The translations under genes and the position numbers were made by a program. Source: a virus (taxonomy: Duplodnaviria; Caudoviricetes). From it: a stretch of 63,947 bases of DNA. Positions 37,954 through 46,923 of the stretch are shown here, piece after piece. Each line of letters opens with the position of its first letter. Position 1 is the first letter of the stretch. Below the pieces are notes generated by a model, which saw only the letters and a program-made list of their open reading frames with translations, was not told where the DNA came from and made no database searches. The DNA is taken from IMG/VR virus record IMGVR_UViG_3300022602_000092, positions 1 to 63,947 of that record. One strand, written 5' to 3'.

Positions 37954-38424
37954 TTAGCCCGCGGCTCGCTTGGCCATCTGACTAACTGTGCTCGCGGCTT
38001 TGTCTGCACTCATTTCGCCGCCTTCACCACCAGTTCCATCGTCCATTGCTTCAACTGGATTGATGAATACATATTCAATGCCCTGATCATTGGGTTCAAT
38101 TTTATCAATTGTGTTTTGAATATATTCCAATGCAGGATTGCCCTTGGCATTGTTTACTTTTTTGGCTTTTTCCAATACATCTTTGTTAAACGCTTCGGAG
38201 CCTGCGTTCTTGACCATATTAACTAGTGCGGGAACAGATATCTTGGGTATACTTGCGTGTTCACTATTTGCCTGTACTCTACGCAACACATCCGCCAATG
38301 CGGCCCATGATTCATGATCCGCATCATCTTCAACGTGTGAACTTACGTCATCATAGTTTGACAAGTCCTCGGGTGTGTCCAAAGGACCTTCATTTATCTG
38401 TCGAGCAAATTCTTTATATCTCAT
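37954..38424 (-). CDS. Hypothetical, probable head-associated protein
   Basis: MRYKEF..INEG leader; acidic. Confidence 0.7.
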   Translation of the reverse strand: MRYKEFARQINEGPLDTPEDLSNYDDVSSHVEDDADHESWAALADVLRRVQANSEHASIPKISVPALVNMVKNAGSEAFNKDVLEKAKKVNNAKGNPALEYIQNTIDKIEPNDQGIEYVFINPVEAMDDGTGGEGGEMSADKAASTVSQMAKRAAG

Positions 38425-39113
38425 TAGCGACGATCTCTGCCCAATTCTTCTGCACCACCAGCGGCGGCATCAGTTGCGCCAAATGCATCACCTTCTTCAC
38501 CACCTGGTTGAGGAATAGCCGCATTGGGTTCTGGAGGCATTCCACCAGCCATACCCATATCACCGCCCATGCCCATATCTGGTGTTGCTTCACCAGTTAA
38601 CGCACGTGCCGCATTGTCAGCAGTACTACGTCCATCATTCAATGTTTGCCATAGTTGTTGTAAGAGTGGTGTCACAGATCCACGGAAGGCTTCTGCTTGT
38701 TGCTCACCTATTTGGTCACGGATTGTATCTAGGAGCGCAGGCAATTGTTCGTTCTGCATTTTACCAATCTTTTCCAGCATGTCTTGAATGCTATCAACCA
38801 TATCTTTCGCGGCCAATGTTGCTTCTGCTTTGGCCATCTCACTCTCTGTAATAAGTTGTTGCTTATTTTCCACCATCCAACGATTCAAACTCTCACGTAC
38901 CATTAGCAATTCCATGTACTTGGGATTCTGTTGAATCGTATGTGCTCCATGAGAACGCTTGACTTGGCTAAGGCTCTCAGTAATTCCTTTTGCTAACGTA
39001 TAGGCTTTCTTGAACGTTAGGTTTTCATAATCTATTTTAAATCCAAAGCGACTCTCAACTACTTTGTTGATTTTAGTTGCTCTAGGCTGGTTTGTCATCT
39101 CTGATAATCTCAT
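38424..39113 (-). CDS. Probable prohead core/scaffold-like protein
   Basis: Helical, LITES site, acidic G/M/P-rich tail ending LGRDRR. Confidence 0.55.
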   Translation of the reverse strand: MRLSEMTNQPRATKINKVVESRFGFKIDYENLTFKKAYTLAKGITESLSQVKRSHGAHTIQQNPKYMELLMVRESLNRWMVENKQQLITESEMAKAEATLAAKDMVDSIQDMLEKIGKMQNEQLPALLDTIRDQIGEQQAEAFRGSVTPLLQQLWQTLNDGRSTADNAARALTGEATPDMGMGGDMGMAGGMPPEPNAAIPQPGGEEGDAFGATDAAAGGAEELGRDRR

Positions 39114-39117
39114 GGTG

Positions 39118-39642
39118 TTATTCCCAATATTTTATATATTTAGCACTTGTTAACGATTTCTGCAATTGATTATTTGCACTTTTCAAGCGTAATCTTGCAT
39201 CATCTAATCGTGCTGTCCAGATATTTATGCTATCTGATTTCTTGGATTTAATTGCTCGCTCCACGCTGGCTTCGTAGTGAACAACATCATTCTTTAATTT
39301 TAATACTTCGGCGTCTGCGGTCTTGATAGATTCTGACATTTTTACCAATCCCTTCTGCTCGCTTAGACAATAGAAAACTGCGCTGAGTTTATTGTCAAAT
39401 ACATGGAGTTTTTTATTGTAGGCGTCTATTAATTTCCAGTACCCGTCATCGGCCATAATTCTTCGAGTCCCTATGGCATAGCCACTCTTGCCAAGTGGCC
39501 ATATATAGGGGGTTCTCTCGCTGACTGCTATTGATTGTACTTGATGTTCAGTCCACTCGCCCAGGAACTTGGCGGTGAGTTCGATTACTTGTCGTGCTTG
39601 TTTAGCGTATTCTTTTTTTGTATGTGATGCGACCATTCTCAT
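39118..39642 (-). CDS. Hypothetical protein
   Basis: Operonic ORF. Confidence 0.7.
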   Translation of the reverse strand: MRMVASHTKKEYAKQARQVIELTAKFLGEWTEHQVQSIAVSERTPYIWPLGKSGYAIGTRRIMADDGYWKLIDAYNKKLHVFDNKLSAVFYCLSEQKGLVKMSESIKTADAEVLKLKNDVVHYEASVERAIKSKKSDSINIWTARLDDARLRLKSANNQLQKSLTSAKYIKYWE

Positions 39643-39811
39643 TGACTCTGTATAACACGTCTTTGTTCACTAACTTATTGGCCATAATCTGTTGTCTAGG
39701 ATCCAAGTCTGCTTTACGCAATTCTTTTTGATCCTCCAACATGTCTAAAACTTCGGCTTCTTCGTTAGTAATAGGCAGTGTAATGTTATTTAAGAGTTCT
39801 ACGATACGCAT
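39602..39811 (-). CDS. Hypothetical protein
   Basis: MRIVELL start, operonic. Confidence 0.7.
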   Translation of the reverse strand: MRIVELLNNITLPITNEEAEVLDMLEDQKELRKADLDPRQQIMANKLVNKDVLYRVNENGRITYKKRIR

Positions 39812-39814
39812 AGA

Positions 39815-40072
39815 TTATTTGAAGTGGGTTGCTAATAGAGTTATAATACCGGCGATCATAACGCCCAGTATGCTTGTGCCAATAGTGATTATTGTTTTGT
39901 AGGGACCATTGGCCTTTTCTGTCAAGGACTCTTTGATGTCCAACAGATGGGATTCCAATTTATCCATACGATTTTCTACGTTTGTTAATTTTGTTTCCAA
40001 AGCATTATACCTTTCAGCACATAACTCAACGTGCGCTTCAAGGCTTTTCTTTTCAATATCCGTACCGGCCAT
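39815..40072 (-). CDS. Coiled-coil protein with C-terminal TM
   Basis: LEAHVELCAERY, coiled coil, TM; AGGA SD. Confidence 0.75.
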   Translation of the reverse strand: MAGTDIEKKSLEAHVELCAERYNALETKLTNVENRMDKLESHLLDIKESLTEKANGPYKTIITIGTSILGVMIAGIITLLATHFK

Positions 40073-40176
40073 TTTCTAATTCCTAATGTTGGCGATGCTA
40101 TGTTTATAGTGTGCCTTAATAATGTGCCGTAAAGTGAGCCTGAGTGGTGCCATGAGCATCAATACTCTATTTATTG

Positions 40177-40596
40177 TCAAGCGTTTCTTTTGAAATAAAC
40201 GTTTTTAATCCCGCCGTAGGGGTAGAAAATTGGCAACATAAATCGTGCAGTTTCTTCCAGTCCGCAGATAATAGGGACTTGTTCAAACAATTCTTCAAGC
40301 ACACCAACTTCATTATCGCCCTTGGTAAACACTCCGTCGTGTTCTACAGCAAAGCGCCAACTCCATACTCTGTGTACTCCCTCAAAATATTCCCCAAACT
40401 CGCACCATTTAACGTCAATTTCCAAACATTGTGGTTCAATTATTGTTGTGGGTTGTGCACCCAGCCCCACTGCCTGTAGCACCGTTTCCCAATTACGTTG
40501 CTGATCTCGTTCCAAACAATCGGCACCACGAGTCCTACCAGTGGGCGTGATATCTACTAGGGTGTACAAAGTATAAACAGGAACAGAATCTCTCAT
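40177..40596 (-). CDS. Hypothetical protein
   Basis: Likely start MRDS 5 nt after TAAATA; TLVDIT.T..R.QQRNW.T..Q. Confidence 0.7.
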   Translation of the reverse strand: MRDSVPVYTLYTLVDITPTGRTRGADCLERDQQRNWETVLQAVGLGAQPTTIIEPQCLEIDVKWCEFGEYFEGVHRVWSWRFAVEHDGVFTKGDNEVGVLEELFEQVPIICGLEETARFMLPIFYPYGGIKNVYFKRNA

Positions 40597-40612
40597 GCGA
40601 ATATTTAGCCAC

Positions 40613-40638
40613 AAAAAAAGGCACCTAAGTGCCTTTTT
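40613..40638 (-). terminator. Rho-independent terminator
   Basis: AAAAAGGCAC-TTAG-GTGCC-TTTTTTT on minus strand. Confidence 0.85.
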
Positions 40639-40652
40639 GCCCAAACTAACAA

Positions 40653-41075
40653 TTACGCTAGTTTGAAACCACCACTGCTGGCTGCAGTAACAGATGTACC
40701 CATCCAAACGTTACCAGTAGCACCAATGTTACCACCAGTTGATGGGAACTGACCGTTAGCAGACTGGATTGCTGTTTGTAGAGCCGCATCGCTAACCCAT
40801 CCACTACGCTCAGTAATGATACTGATTTGTGGTGTTGCGTCAACTTGGTATGCTAAAACTGTAGCGTTACCTTCAACAATACGTAAGATAGTTTCAACTG
40901 CACCACCAGTTGTCAATTCTGCCGCTAGGTTACCACTTGTGAAACCTGCGATTTTGTAAAATTGAATCGGTGCCGCAATACCTGTGTTAATAACTGCCGC
41001 ATTTGCAAATGCACGACCTGCATCAACGTTAACTTGACCGGCTGCATCGCCATTAATTCTTGTAAAAACTGCCAT
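40653..41075 (-). CDS. Probable abundant virion (head decoration-like) protein
   Basis: Own TAAATA, SD and terminator; A/G/T-rich. Confidence 0.6.
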   Translation of the reverse strand: MAVFTRINGDAAGQVNVDAGRAFANAAVINTGIAAPIQFYKIAGFTSGNLAAELTTGGAVETILRIVEGNATVLAYQVDATPQISIITERSGWVSDAALQTAIQSANGQFPSTGGNIGATGNVWMGTSVTAASSGGFKLA

Positions 41076-41143
41076 TTTCTTTTTCCTTTAAAAATAATGA
41101 GTCCTAGGACTACATGTAATTATTTAGCATTTCTGCAAAAAAC

Positions 41144-42268
41144 TTATGTTCTTCCTGCGAAATTGCCGGCGCTGAATTCGCCTCGGTTTACTAGTTTGAT
41201 AAAGCCCACAGGACTGTCTATATTAAATCCCTCGCCCTTGGGAATAGGCGCCGCATCACGACCAGGGGTTACCCATTGCTCTATACCACCAACCTGTGGC
41301 TCTAATTCGGCTAAAAGTGCTAGTTTAACTGCGGTTATTGCGCTGTAAACTTGATCTAATGCCAACACAACGGGCTTGTTTTCTTTTGCGGCAAATATTG
41401 CAAACTGTGGTTTAGTCAATTTGCTTTGTAACCAATTGCCATCCACTGCTTGCTTACTGACTTTTCTATTGTAATAGGTTTGTAGAGTGCTTTTACTACT
41501 ACCAGTTAAACTGGCTAAAAAATCATTGCCGCCCAGCATAGCAAAATTGTTGATTGCACGTTTTGCGGCATCAACAAGTTTAACCGGAGTCTTCATTTTA
41601 AATCTAGTATTCATATTGCCTGTGAATACTGTAATATATTGATTGCTTCCCGATAAACCCTCTAATCCGTTCATAGTATGACGCCCTACCAAGGGAGTAT
41701 CTGCACTGGCCTGTATGTCACTACCTGCACTGTGTACTGCTAGGCCAATTTCTCGCCCTGCTATTTGTTTGCCTATGGGGCTATCCACTGCTACTTTGTA
41801 TGTGACACCGTGAGGATTTGCCTTGAACACAAACTTGCCACCTTGTTCTATAATATCAGTTCCGGGATCGGTCCACATTAGATCGCCCTGCACAAATCCT
41901 TTGAATGTGGGAGGACAGATACTGCCAATGGCATTAAATGCTTTGGCTAATTTTTCAGCCACAATCATATTCTTGTTGTTTCGTTGAAAGTATTGTATCA
42001 ATTCCTGTGCGCTGGTTACTTGTCCACCAGGATTACCAATGTACTCTTTGTAGTTCATTGTGAACTGGCCGTCAGCAACCCTACGACCAAACACAATAGC
42101 CGGACTACCATCCCATTTGATTGTGACTTTTTCCGGGGTGCTGACTGCGTTGGCCATAGCATCCACAACTGCCATTGCACTTTCACTGCCCTGGAATATA
42201 AAATCTTCAGGGTGAGGTGTACGTGCACCTTCAGTCAACATCTGTATAAATCCGTTTGAATATTTCAT
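41144..42268 (-). CDS. RNA/DNA ligase-like nucleotidyltransferase-fold protein (DUF6267-like)
   Basis: HPED, TIKWDG (KxDG), QGDL, GEGF, IKLVNR. Confidence 0.6.
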   Translation of the reverse strand: MKYSNGFIQMLTEGARTPHPEDFIFQGSESAMAVVDAMANAVSTPEKVTIKWDGSPAIVFGRRVADGQFTMNYKEYIGNPGGQVTSAQELIQYFQRNNKNMIVAEKLAKAFNAIGSICPPTFKGFVQGDLMWTDPGTDIIEQGGKFVFKANPHGVTYKVAVDSPIGKQIAGREIGLAVHSAGSDIQASADTPLVGRHTMNGLEGLSGSNQYITVFTGNMNTRFKMKTPVKLVDAAKRAINNFAMLGGNDFLASLTGSSKSTLQTYYNRKVSKQAVDGNWLQSKLTKPQFAIFAAKENKPVVLALDQVYSAITAVKLALLAELEPQVGGIEQWVTPGRDAAPIPKGEGFNIDSPVGFIKLVNRGEFSAGNFAGRT

Positions 42269-42675
42269 TTCTGTGGTTCCCATGCCATGTGTTTAGCACC
42301 CTTGACCTGCGGTTTAAATCCCTGTTTTTTATAAAAACCAGTTAGTGCACGTTGACTGACTTGCCCCTTGTCCCAGGGATACAATGTCAGTGTAACGTTG
42401 TCTTGTTGTGCCATATCTTGTAGCTTTTTCATTGCACGAGAGCCAACTCCACTACGCAGGGGATAGGCTTGAAACCAATCAACTTCAACTGCGTTGCGCT
42501 TGATCATACTGGGCTTTAGTGCAAATACTGCGAACTGTTGATCTTCACCTTCGCCCCACACCATGACTCTATCACCACGACCATAATTCCATTCGGGAAA
42601 ATGACTATATATCTTATCAATCCATTCTTGTGCAGTTGACTGAGTGGATTCAATTAAAATTTCTGCAATTTTCAT
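42265..42675 (-). CDS. GNAT acetyltransferase
   Basis: RSGVGSRAM acetyl-CoA motif, FYKKQGF; MKIAEILIES leader. Confidence 0.8.
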   Translation of the reverse strand: MKIAEILIESTQSTAQEWIDKIYSHFPEWNYGRGDRVMVWGEGEDQQFAVFALKPSMIKRNAVEVDWFQAYPLRSGVGSRAMKKLQDMAQQDNVTLTLYPWDKGQVSQRALTGFYKKQGFKPQVKGAKHMAWEPQK

Positions 42676-43475
42676 TTTAACTTTTGTTGTATGTGTCTAA
42701 ACCACTCACTGGGATGTGCACTTGCTTCCAATTGTGGCATCTGTCTACCACTCTTGGCTAGGTATTCAGCAAAGTCTCGTAATTTTTCATTACGTTTGGG
42801 ATCGTTACGCAATGACTGTATGGTACTCTCTACACTTTTAAGATCCGCAACATTGGCTTGTGGACCTATAAACATCTTGGCCATCATTGCTGGATCGCTT
42901 GTTACAAGTTCATTGGTAACTCTGTCGTGTACTCCAGTAATAACGTTAACTTTAACACCCAGTGTCTTGCCAATACTATTAAACAATACAGCACGATCTA
43001 CACCTTTAAACTGACTGTCTAGGGGCATTGCCGCCAACATAAACTTGCTCCACTTCATGTTGGTTAAAAAGTTGAAATCTACTTGCACAAATCCCATTTT
43101 GGGATTGCCGTTGATGGGGCATCGAAAATGTACTTCAATGCCAGTGGCATCGATCCAGCGATCTAAGTGTGCGGGCTCTTTGCCCTTGGCTTTACTGTTG
43201 ATGATTTGATCTTCGGGTATGCCCTGTGCTCGACACCATTTGGTTAGCACACCAACAACAGCATCTTTTTTAATAACGTTGCCGTCTAGTGCTAGATCAA
43301 TATCACCACTAGTTTCAGTAACTCCAGTACTGCCCAACAATTCATTCTTTAAGTTCAAGCCTGTGATTTGTTCCAACCATTTTACAGTTGTTGGTACGTC
43401 GTTGCGATTTATCCTTTGTGTTAAAGGAACTTTCTTCTCGTCTTTAAATACATTCCCGCCTTCTAGTAATATCAT
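42672..43475 (-). CDS. Pol-beta-superfamily nucleotidyltransferase
   Basis: LGSTG....SGDIDL and VQVDF; MILLEGG leader. Confidence 0.75.
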   Translation of the reverse strand: MILLEGGNVFKDEKKVPLTQRINRNDVPTTVKWLEQITGLNLKNELLGSTGVTETSGDIDLALDGNVIKKDAVVGVLTKWCRAQGIPEDQIINSKAKGKEPAHLDRWIDATGIEVHFRCPINGNPKMGFVQVDFNFLTNMKWSKFMLAAMPLDSQFKGVDRAVLFNSIGKTLGVKVNVITGVHDRVTNELVTSDPAMMAKMFIGPQANVADLKSVESTIQSLRNDPKRNEKLRDFAEYLAKSGRQMPQLEASAHPSEWFRHIQQKLK

Positions 43476-44176
43476 TATCTTCTTCTACCTTTACGGTTAA
43501 CTCTTTTGGATGCGGGTCTAGTTCTTGTTGGGATTTGTGATGGGGCTCCGCCGGGAGTTGCCATTGCGACATTGCCGGTTTGGTCTTTCAACATGCCGTC
43601 AAGTCTAGTAATATCTGTACCATTAATAATAAGATCACCGGCATCGTTATACCATTTATTATTCACTAGGTCTTTGGTAGCATACCTATGCTCACCACTG
43701 GCTGCATCAGTCCAACCCACTTCTCTATGTGTCATAGTTGATGGCTTTGCAGATGCTGTGGGAGTTGCAGTTGCTGGATTAGCATTTGATTGCGTTGCGG
43801 CCGGCACCAATGCCGCCGCATCTTCCTTGCCCAGTACACCAACCATATATGCAGTCAATTCCGGTACATTCATATTTGTTGGCGGTGGTAATTTACCACC
43901 CTGTCGAGTAAAATTGCCCGCAACTTGCGTGGCATACCTTTGGAAGGCATTTGGATCTTGTGCAATCTTGGGATCACCAGAAGTTTGTTTGACCCATTTA
44001 TCTACCCATTCTTTTGCAGACTTTGCTACCTCTAGTTTATGTTTCTCTAGATCCTCAGCAGATTGGCGTGCTTGCTGGCTTTGTTGGTAGCCTTTCACGG
44101 CACCTTTAACACCGGCTTTTGCGCGGTTCCATAAGTCTCCTAACGGAGCCTCCGTTATGATCTCATTAATCTTCAT
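43475..44176 (-). CDS. Hypothetical probable internal head protein
   Basis: MKINEIITEA leader; basic C-terminus. Confidence 0.65.
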   Translation of the reverse strand: MKINEIITEAPLGDLWNRAKAGVKGAVKGYQQSQQARQSAEDLEKHKLEVAKSAKEWVDKWVKQTSGDPKIAQDPNAFQRYATQVAGNFTRQGGKLPPPTNMNVPELTAYMVGVLGKEDAAALVPAATQSNANPATATPTASAKPSTMTHREVGWTDAASGEHRYATKDLVNNKWYNDAGDLIINGTDITRLDGMLKDQTGNVAMATPGGAPSQIPTRTRPASKRVNRKGRRR

Positions 44177-44417
44177 TTTGACCTAGTCTCCGTACCCCAC
44201 GGGTAAATTTGTTGGGATCTTGTGTACGGATACTATTCAAGAGTCTGCGTTCTAATTCTGCCGCTGATTCGGCATCGTAATTCTCTCGAATATAATTTAA
44301 TAAGTTTATAGCACTTGCGATTACATTAGTTGCACGACTCTCAATGAGACTCTTTTTGTCTCTCTGAGGGCTCATAGTTGCTAATTCTTCTAAGATGCTA
44401 TGGGTCCGCTTTTGCAA
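44166..44417 (-). CDS. Hypothetical protein
   Basis: TAAATA + GGAG, TTG start. Confidence 0.7.
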   Translation of the reverse strand: MQKRTHSILEELATMSPQRDKKSLIESRATNVIASAINLLNYIRENYDAESAAELERRLLNSIRTQDPNKFTRGVRRLGQNED

Positions 44418-44452
44418 GATTTACTCCAATCTATTCTATATTTAGTTCAGAG

Positions 44453-45865
44453 TTACTCTGATTTGCTTTTCAATCCTGCCAACATATTCTTGAGTTTTGT
44501 GCTTTGTGCTTCGCCACTGGCATTGGGAATATCCAGGCCCATTCCGGGCTTGGCTTCGGGTTTGATAAACTGTTTGGGGCTGTCTTTGATTTGATCCATG
44601 ATACTGGTTTTGGGTGGACCATAACTTGTGGAATCAGGAATTCCGGGATCAGTAATACGCATGGTTTCTACGTTGTATTCTAAATCAATCTTGTGTCCCA
44701 CACCTGTACTGCTACGCGACTTCATACATTGTATTTGATAACGTCCACGTTCACGCATACTCAGACTTGTAAAAATACCAAACACATTGTCAGCAGTATT
44801 GATCTTACTAATACCACCTGCAATATGACTGTGATCAAATTCAGGCTCATCAACTGCGCTTCTGTTTAACTGACTTGCAGTCACCATTAGTATGCCCAAC
44901 TCTTTGGCTAGGTTACGTAATTCTTCACTTACAAACTTATCCTTGATAAATTGATCGTTGGGATTAACTTTAACACTCACAGGCATCACCAAGTCCAAGT
45001 AATCCACCATAACAAAGTCTACTACAATACCCGTTTGTATCTGTACTTCTTTTAAATAACTGCGTATATCATTTACATTGCTTTGTGCAGGTAAACCTTT
45101 AACACGATATTTTCCAGTCTTCTTGCCCACCATGGACACCAATAATGCAGTATTGGCAATGTCTTTGCGTATGTCCTTTGTGCCTGTATTAGTTAACATA
45201 GCATCAGTTCTTAGTGATGTTAATTCCTCACTCAATTCCAATGTTATGTAAACACCACTTAGACCTTGTTGCAACCAGTTCAATGCTATATTCATCATAA
45301 CCAGTGATTTACCTGATCCAGATCCTCCGGCAAATATATTGAGTTCGCCTCTACTGAATCCGCCATACAATAACTTGTCCAGTTGCGGCCAACCTGTGCT
45401 TGTTTGTCCACCATTGTTAAAGTATTTGTTCAGTCTTACTGTGGGGTCAGAAAAATAGTCTGTGCCCATATCCTTGGTCAATGATATTTGGACTGCATCT
45501 TTAATAATTTTCTCAACTGGATCAAAGTCACCTTTTTCTAATAGGTCAGCGGCTTTTAAAATTGCACGTTCTAATTCTTGTCGTTTGGTAAATGATTCAA
45601 ACTCTTCTAGGAACCAATCATAGTGCCCTTCATTTAATTCAGGTACTGGTTTTAGTTCTACTCCTGTTGTTGCTTTGATTTGTGCGTAGTCGGGAATCGT
45701 TTTAAACTTGTCTGTGTGATCCTTGATAAACTGTGCAACGGCTTTAAGACTTCTATCAAAGTTCTCGGGATTATAAATGTTCTGTACCCGAACATAACTA
45801 GATGCATCCTGCATCATCATTTCTAAAAACAGTTTTTGTAAATCTTGTGTATATTCTTTTGTCAT
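44453..45865 (-). CDS. Replicative DnaB/gp41-like helicase
   Basis: GGSGSGKS Walker A, TLEL, VDYLD, TASQLNR, KSR. Confidence 0.93.
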   Translation of the reverse strand: MTKEYTQDLQKLFLEMMMQDASSYVRVQNIYNPENFDRSLKAVAQFIKDHTDKFKTIPDYAQIKATTGVELKPVPELNEGHYDWFLEEFESFTKRQELERAILKAADLLEKGDFDPVEKIIKDAVQISLTKDMGTDYFSDPTVRLNKYFNNGGQTSTGWPQLDKLLYGGFSRGELNIFAGGSGSGKSLVMMNIALNWLQQGLSGVYITLELSEELTSLRTDAMLTNTGTKDIRKDIANTALLVSMVGKKTGKYRVKGLPAQSNVNDIRSYLKEVQIQTGIVVDFVMVDYLDLVMPVSVKVNPNDQFIKDKFVSEELRNLAKELGILMVTASQLNRSAVDEPEFDHSHIAGGISKINTADNVFGIFTSLSMRERGRYQIQCMKSRSSTGVGHKIDLEYNVETMRITDPGIPDSTSYGPPKTSIMDQIKDSPKQFIKPEAKPGMGLDIPNASGEAQSTKLKNMLAGLKSKSE

Positions 45866-46914
45866 CTATTTTCCTGTTGTAGACTATTATGTATCTTCTT
45901 CTTGTGTAGTTCAATTTTTAATCTACTTGTCTCTCGGGCTTCAATTATACTCTTTAATACAAACAATTTTCCATACTTGATTACGGCTTCGTTTATATCT
46001 TTAAATGTTCCAAGCCATAAGGGAAAGGAGACGCTCCACCCATATTCCTGTGCATCATTGACCAACTTCATACCTGGCTTGTCGTAATCAGGTACTACGA
46101 TGACTTCACGCCCCAGACTGTCAATTATATCTGCTTGTTGCTCACTACACTCATTGCTTAATACTGCCACACCATCTACGGCCATTGCATCCATGGGGCC
46201 TTCACATACAATTACAAACTTGGCATTGGGCAGTTGTTTGTCTGTGTTGAATACATAGTTGGCGTCGTATTGACTATAATATTTGGGTTTTACTTGCGGA
46301 TCAAATGCTCGTGCACTATATCCGATTATTTCGTTTCGCCAAGTAAATGGGATTATAACTCGTCGGTGTAAATTATACTGTTGTTCTGTGGTATAATAAA
46401 ATTCATATTTTTGTAAATCTATCGCACGTTGTGCCATATACAACACAGGATCATGATGCGGAGGCGGACCACTTGCCGCATCACCTTTCAATTGATAAAA
46501 CGTTTCCAGGGCCATAAAACTCTGCGCTTCTTCAGGTAATGGACGAGGTTTGAACGTTATGTCTTCTTTGACTTCTTCAACTCGATCAGGCTCAACAAGT
46601 TCCTTAATGCGAATAGCCTCAATTACTAGTCGCTTTACAGTATTATCATCCGCACCCATCCATGCGAGTAGTTTACGAAACTTATAGTTTAGATGTCTGC
46701 CGGGTGTATAATTGGCGGTAAAGTTACAATTAAAACAACTATAACTCACAGCGCCATTGGGGTTTGTAATAATACCACCACGTCCACGTGTGTCTTGGCT
46801 TTCGCCCCTGTTATGGCAACAGACAGCATTAAAACTGGTCCAACCACTTGTGCTGTTGGTTTTGCGTTTAGGCGGGAGTAATTGGTTAACTGTGTCTAGG
46901 ATACTATTAAACAT
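45862..46914 (-). CDS. DNA primase (Zn-binding + TOPRIM)
   Basis: CC..H...CFNC; CEGPMDA; PDYD; KDINEA. Confidence 0.88.
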   Translation of the reverse strand: MFNSILDTVNQLLPPKRKTNSTSGWTSFNAVCCHNRGESQDTRGRGGIITNPNGAVSYSCFNCNFTANYTPGRHLNYKFRKLLAWMGADDNTVKRLVIEAIRIKELVEPDRVEEVKEDITFKPRPLPEEAQSFMALETFYQLKGDAASGPPPHHDPVLYMAQRAIDLQKYEFYYTTEQQYNLHRRVIIPFTWRNEIIGYSARAFDPQVKPKYYSQYDANYVFNTDKQLPNAKFVIVCEGPMDAMAVDGVAVLSNECSEQQADIIDSLGREVIVVPDYDKPGMKLVNDAQEYGWSVSFPLWLGTFKDINEAVIKYGKLFVLKSIIEARETSRLKIELHKKKIHNSLQQENR

Positions 46915-46923
46915 TCTGCTATT

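Noticed and set aside
40177-40707. Longer start for the 40177 gene as given in the ORF track
   Set aside because: The extension crosses a terminator and overlaps the upstream gene; ATG at 40596 follows TAAATA
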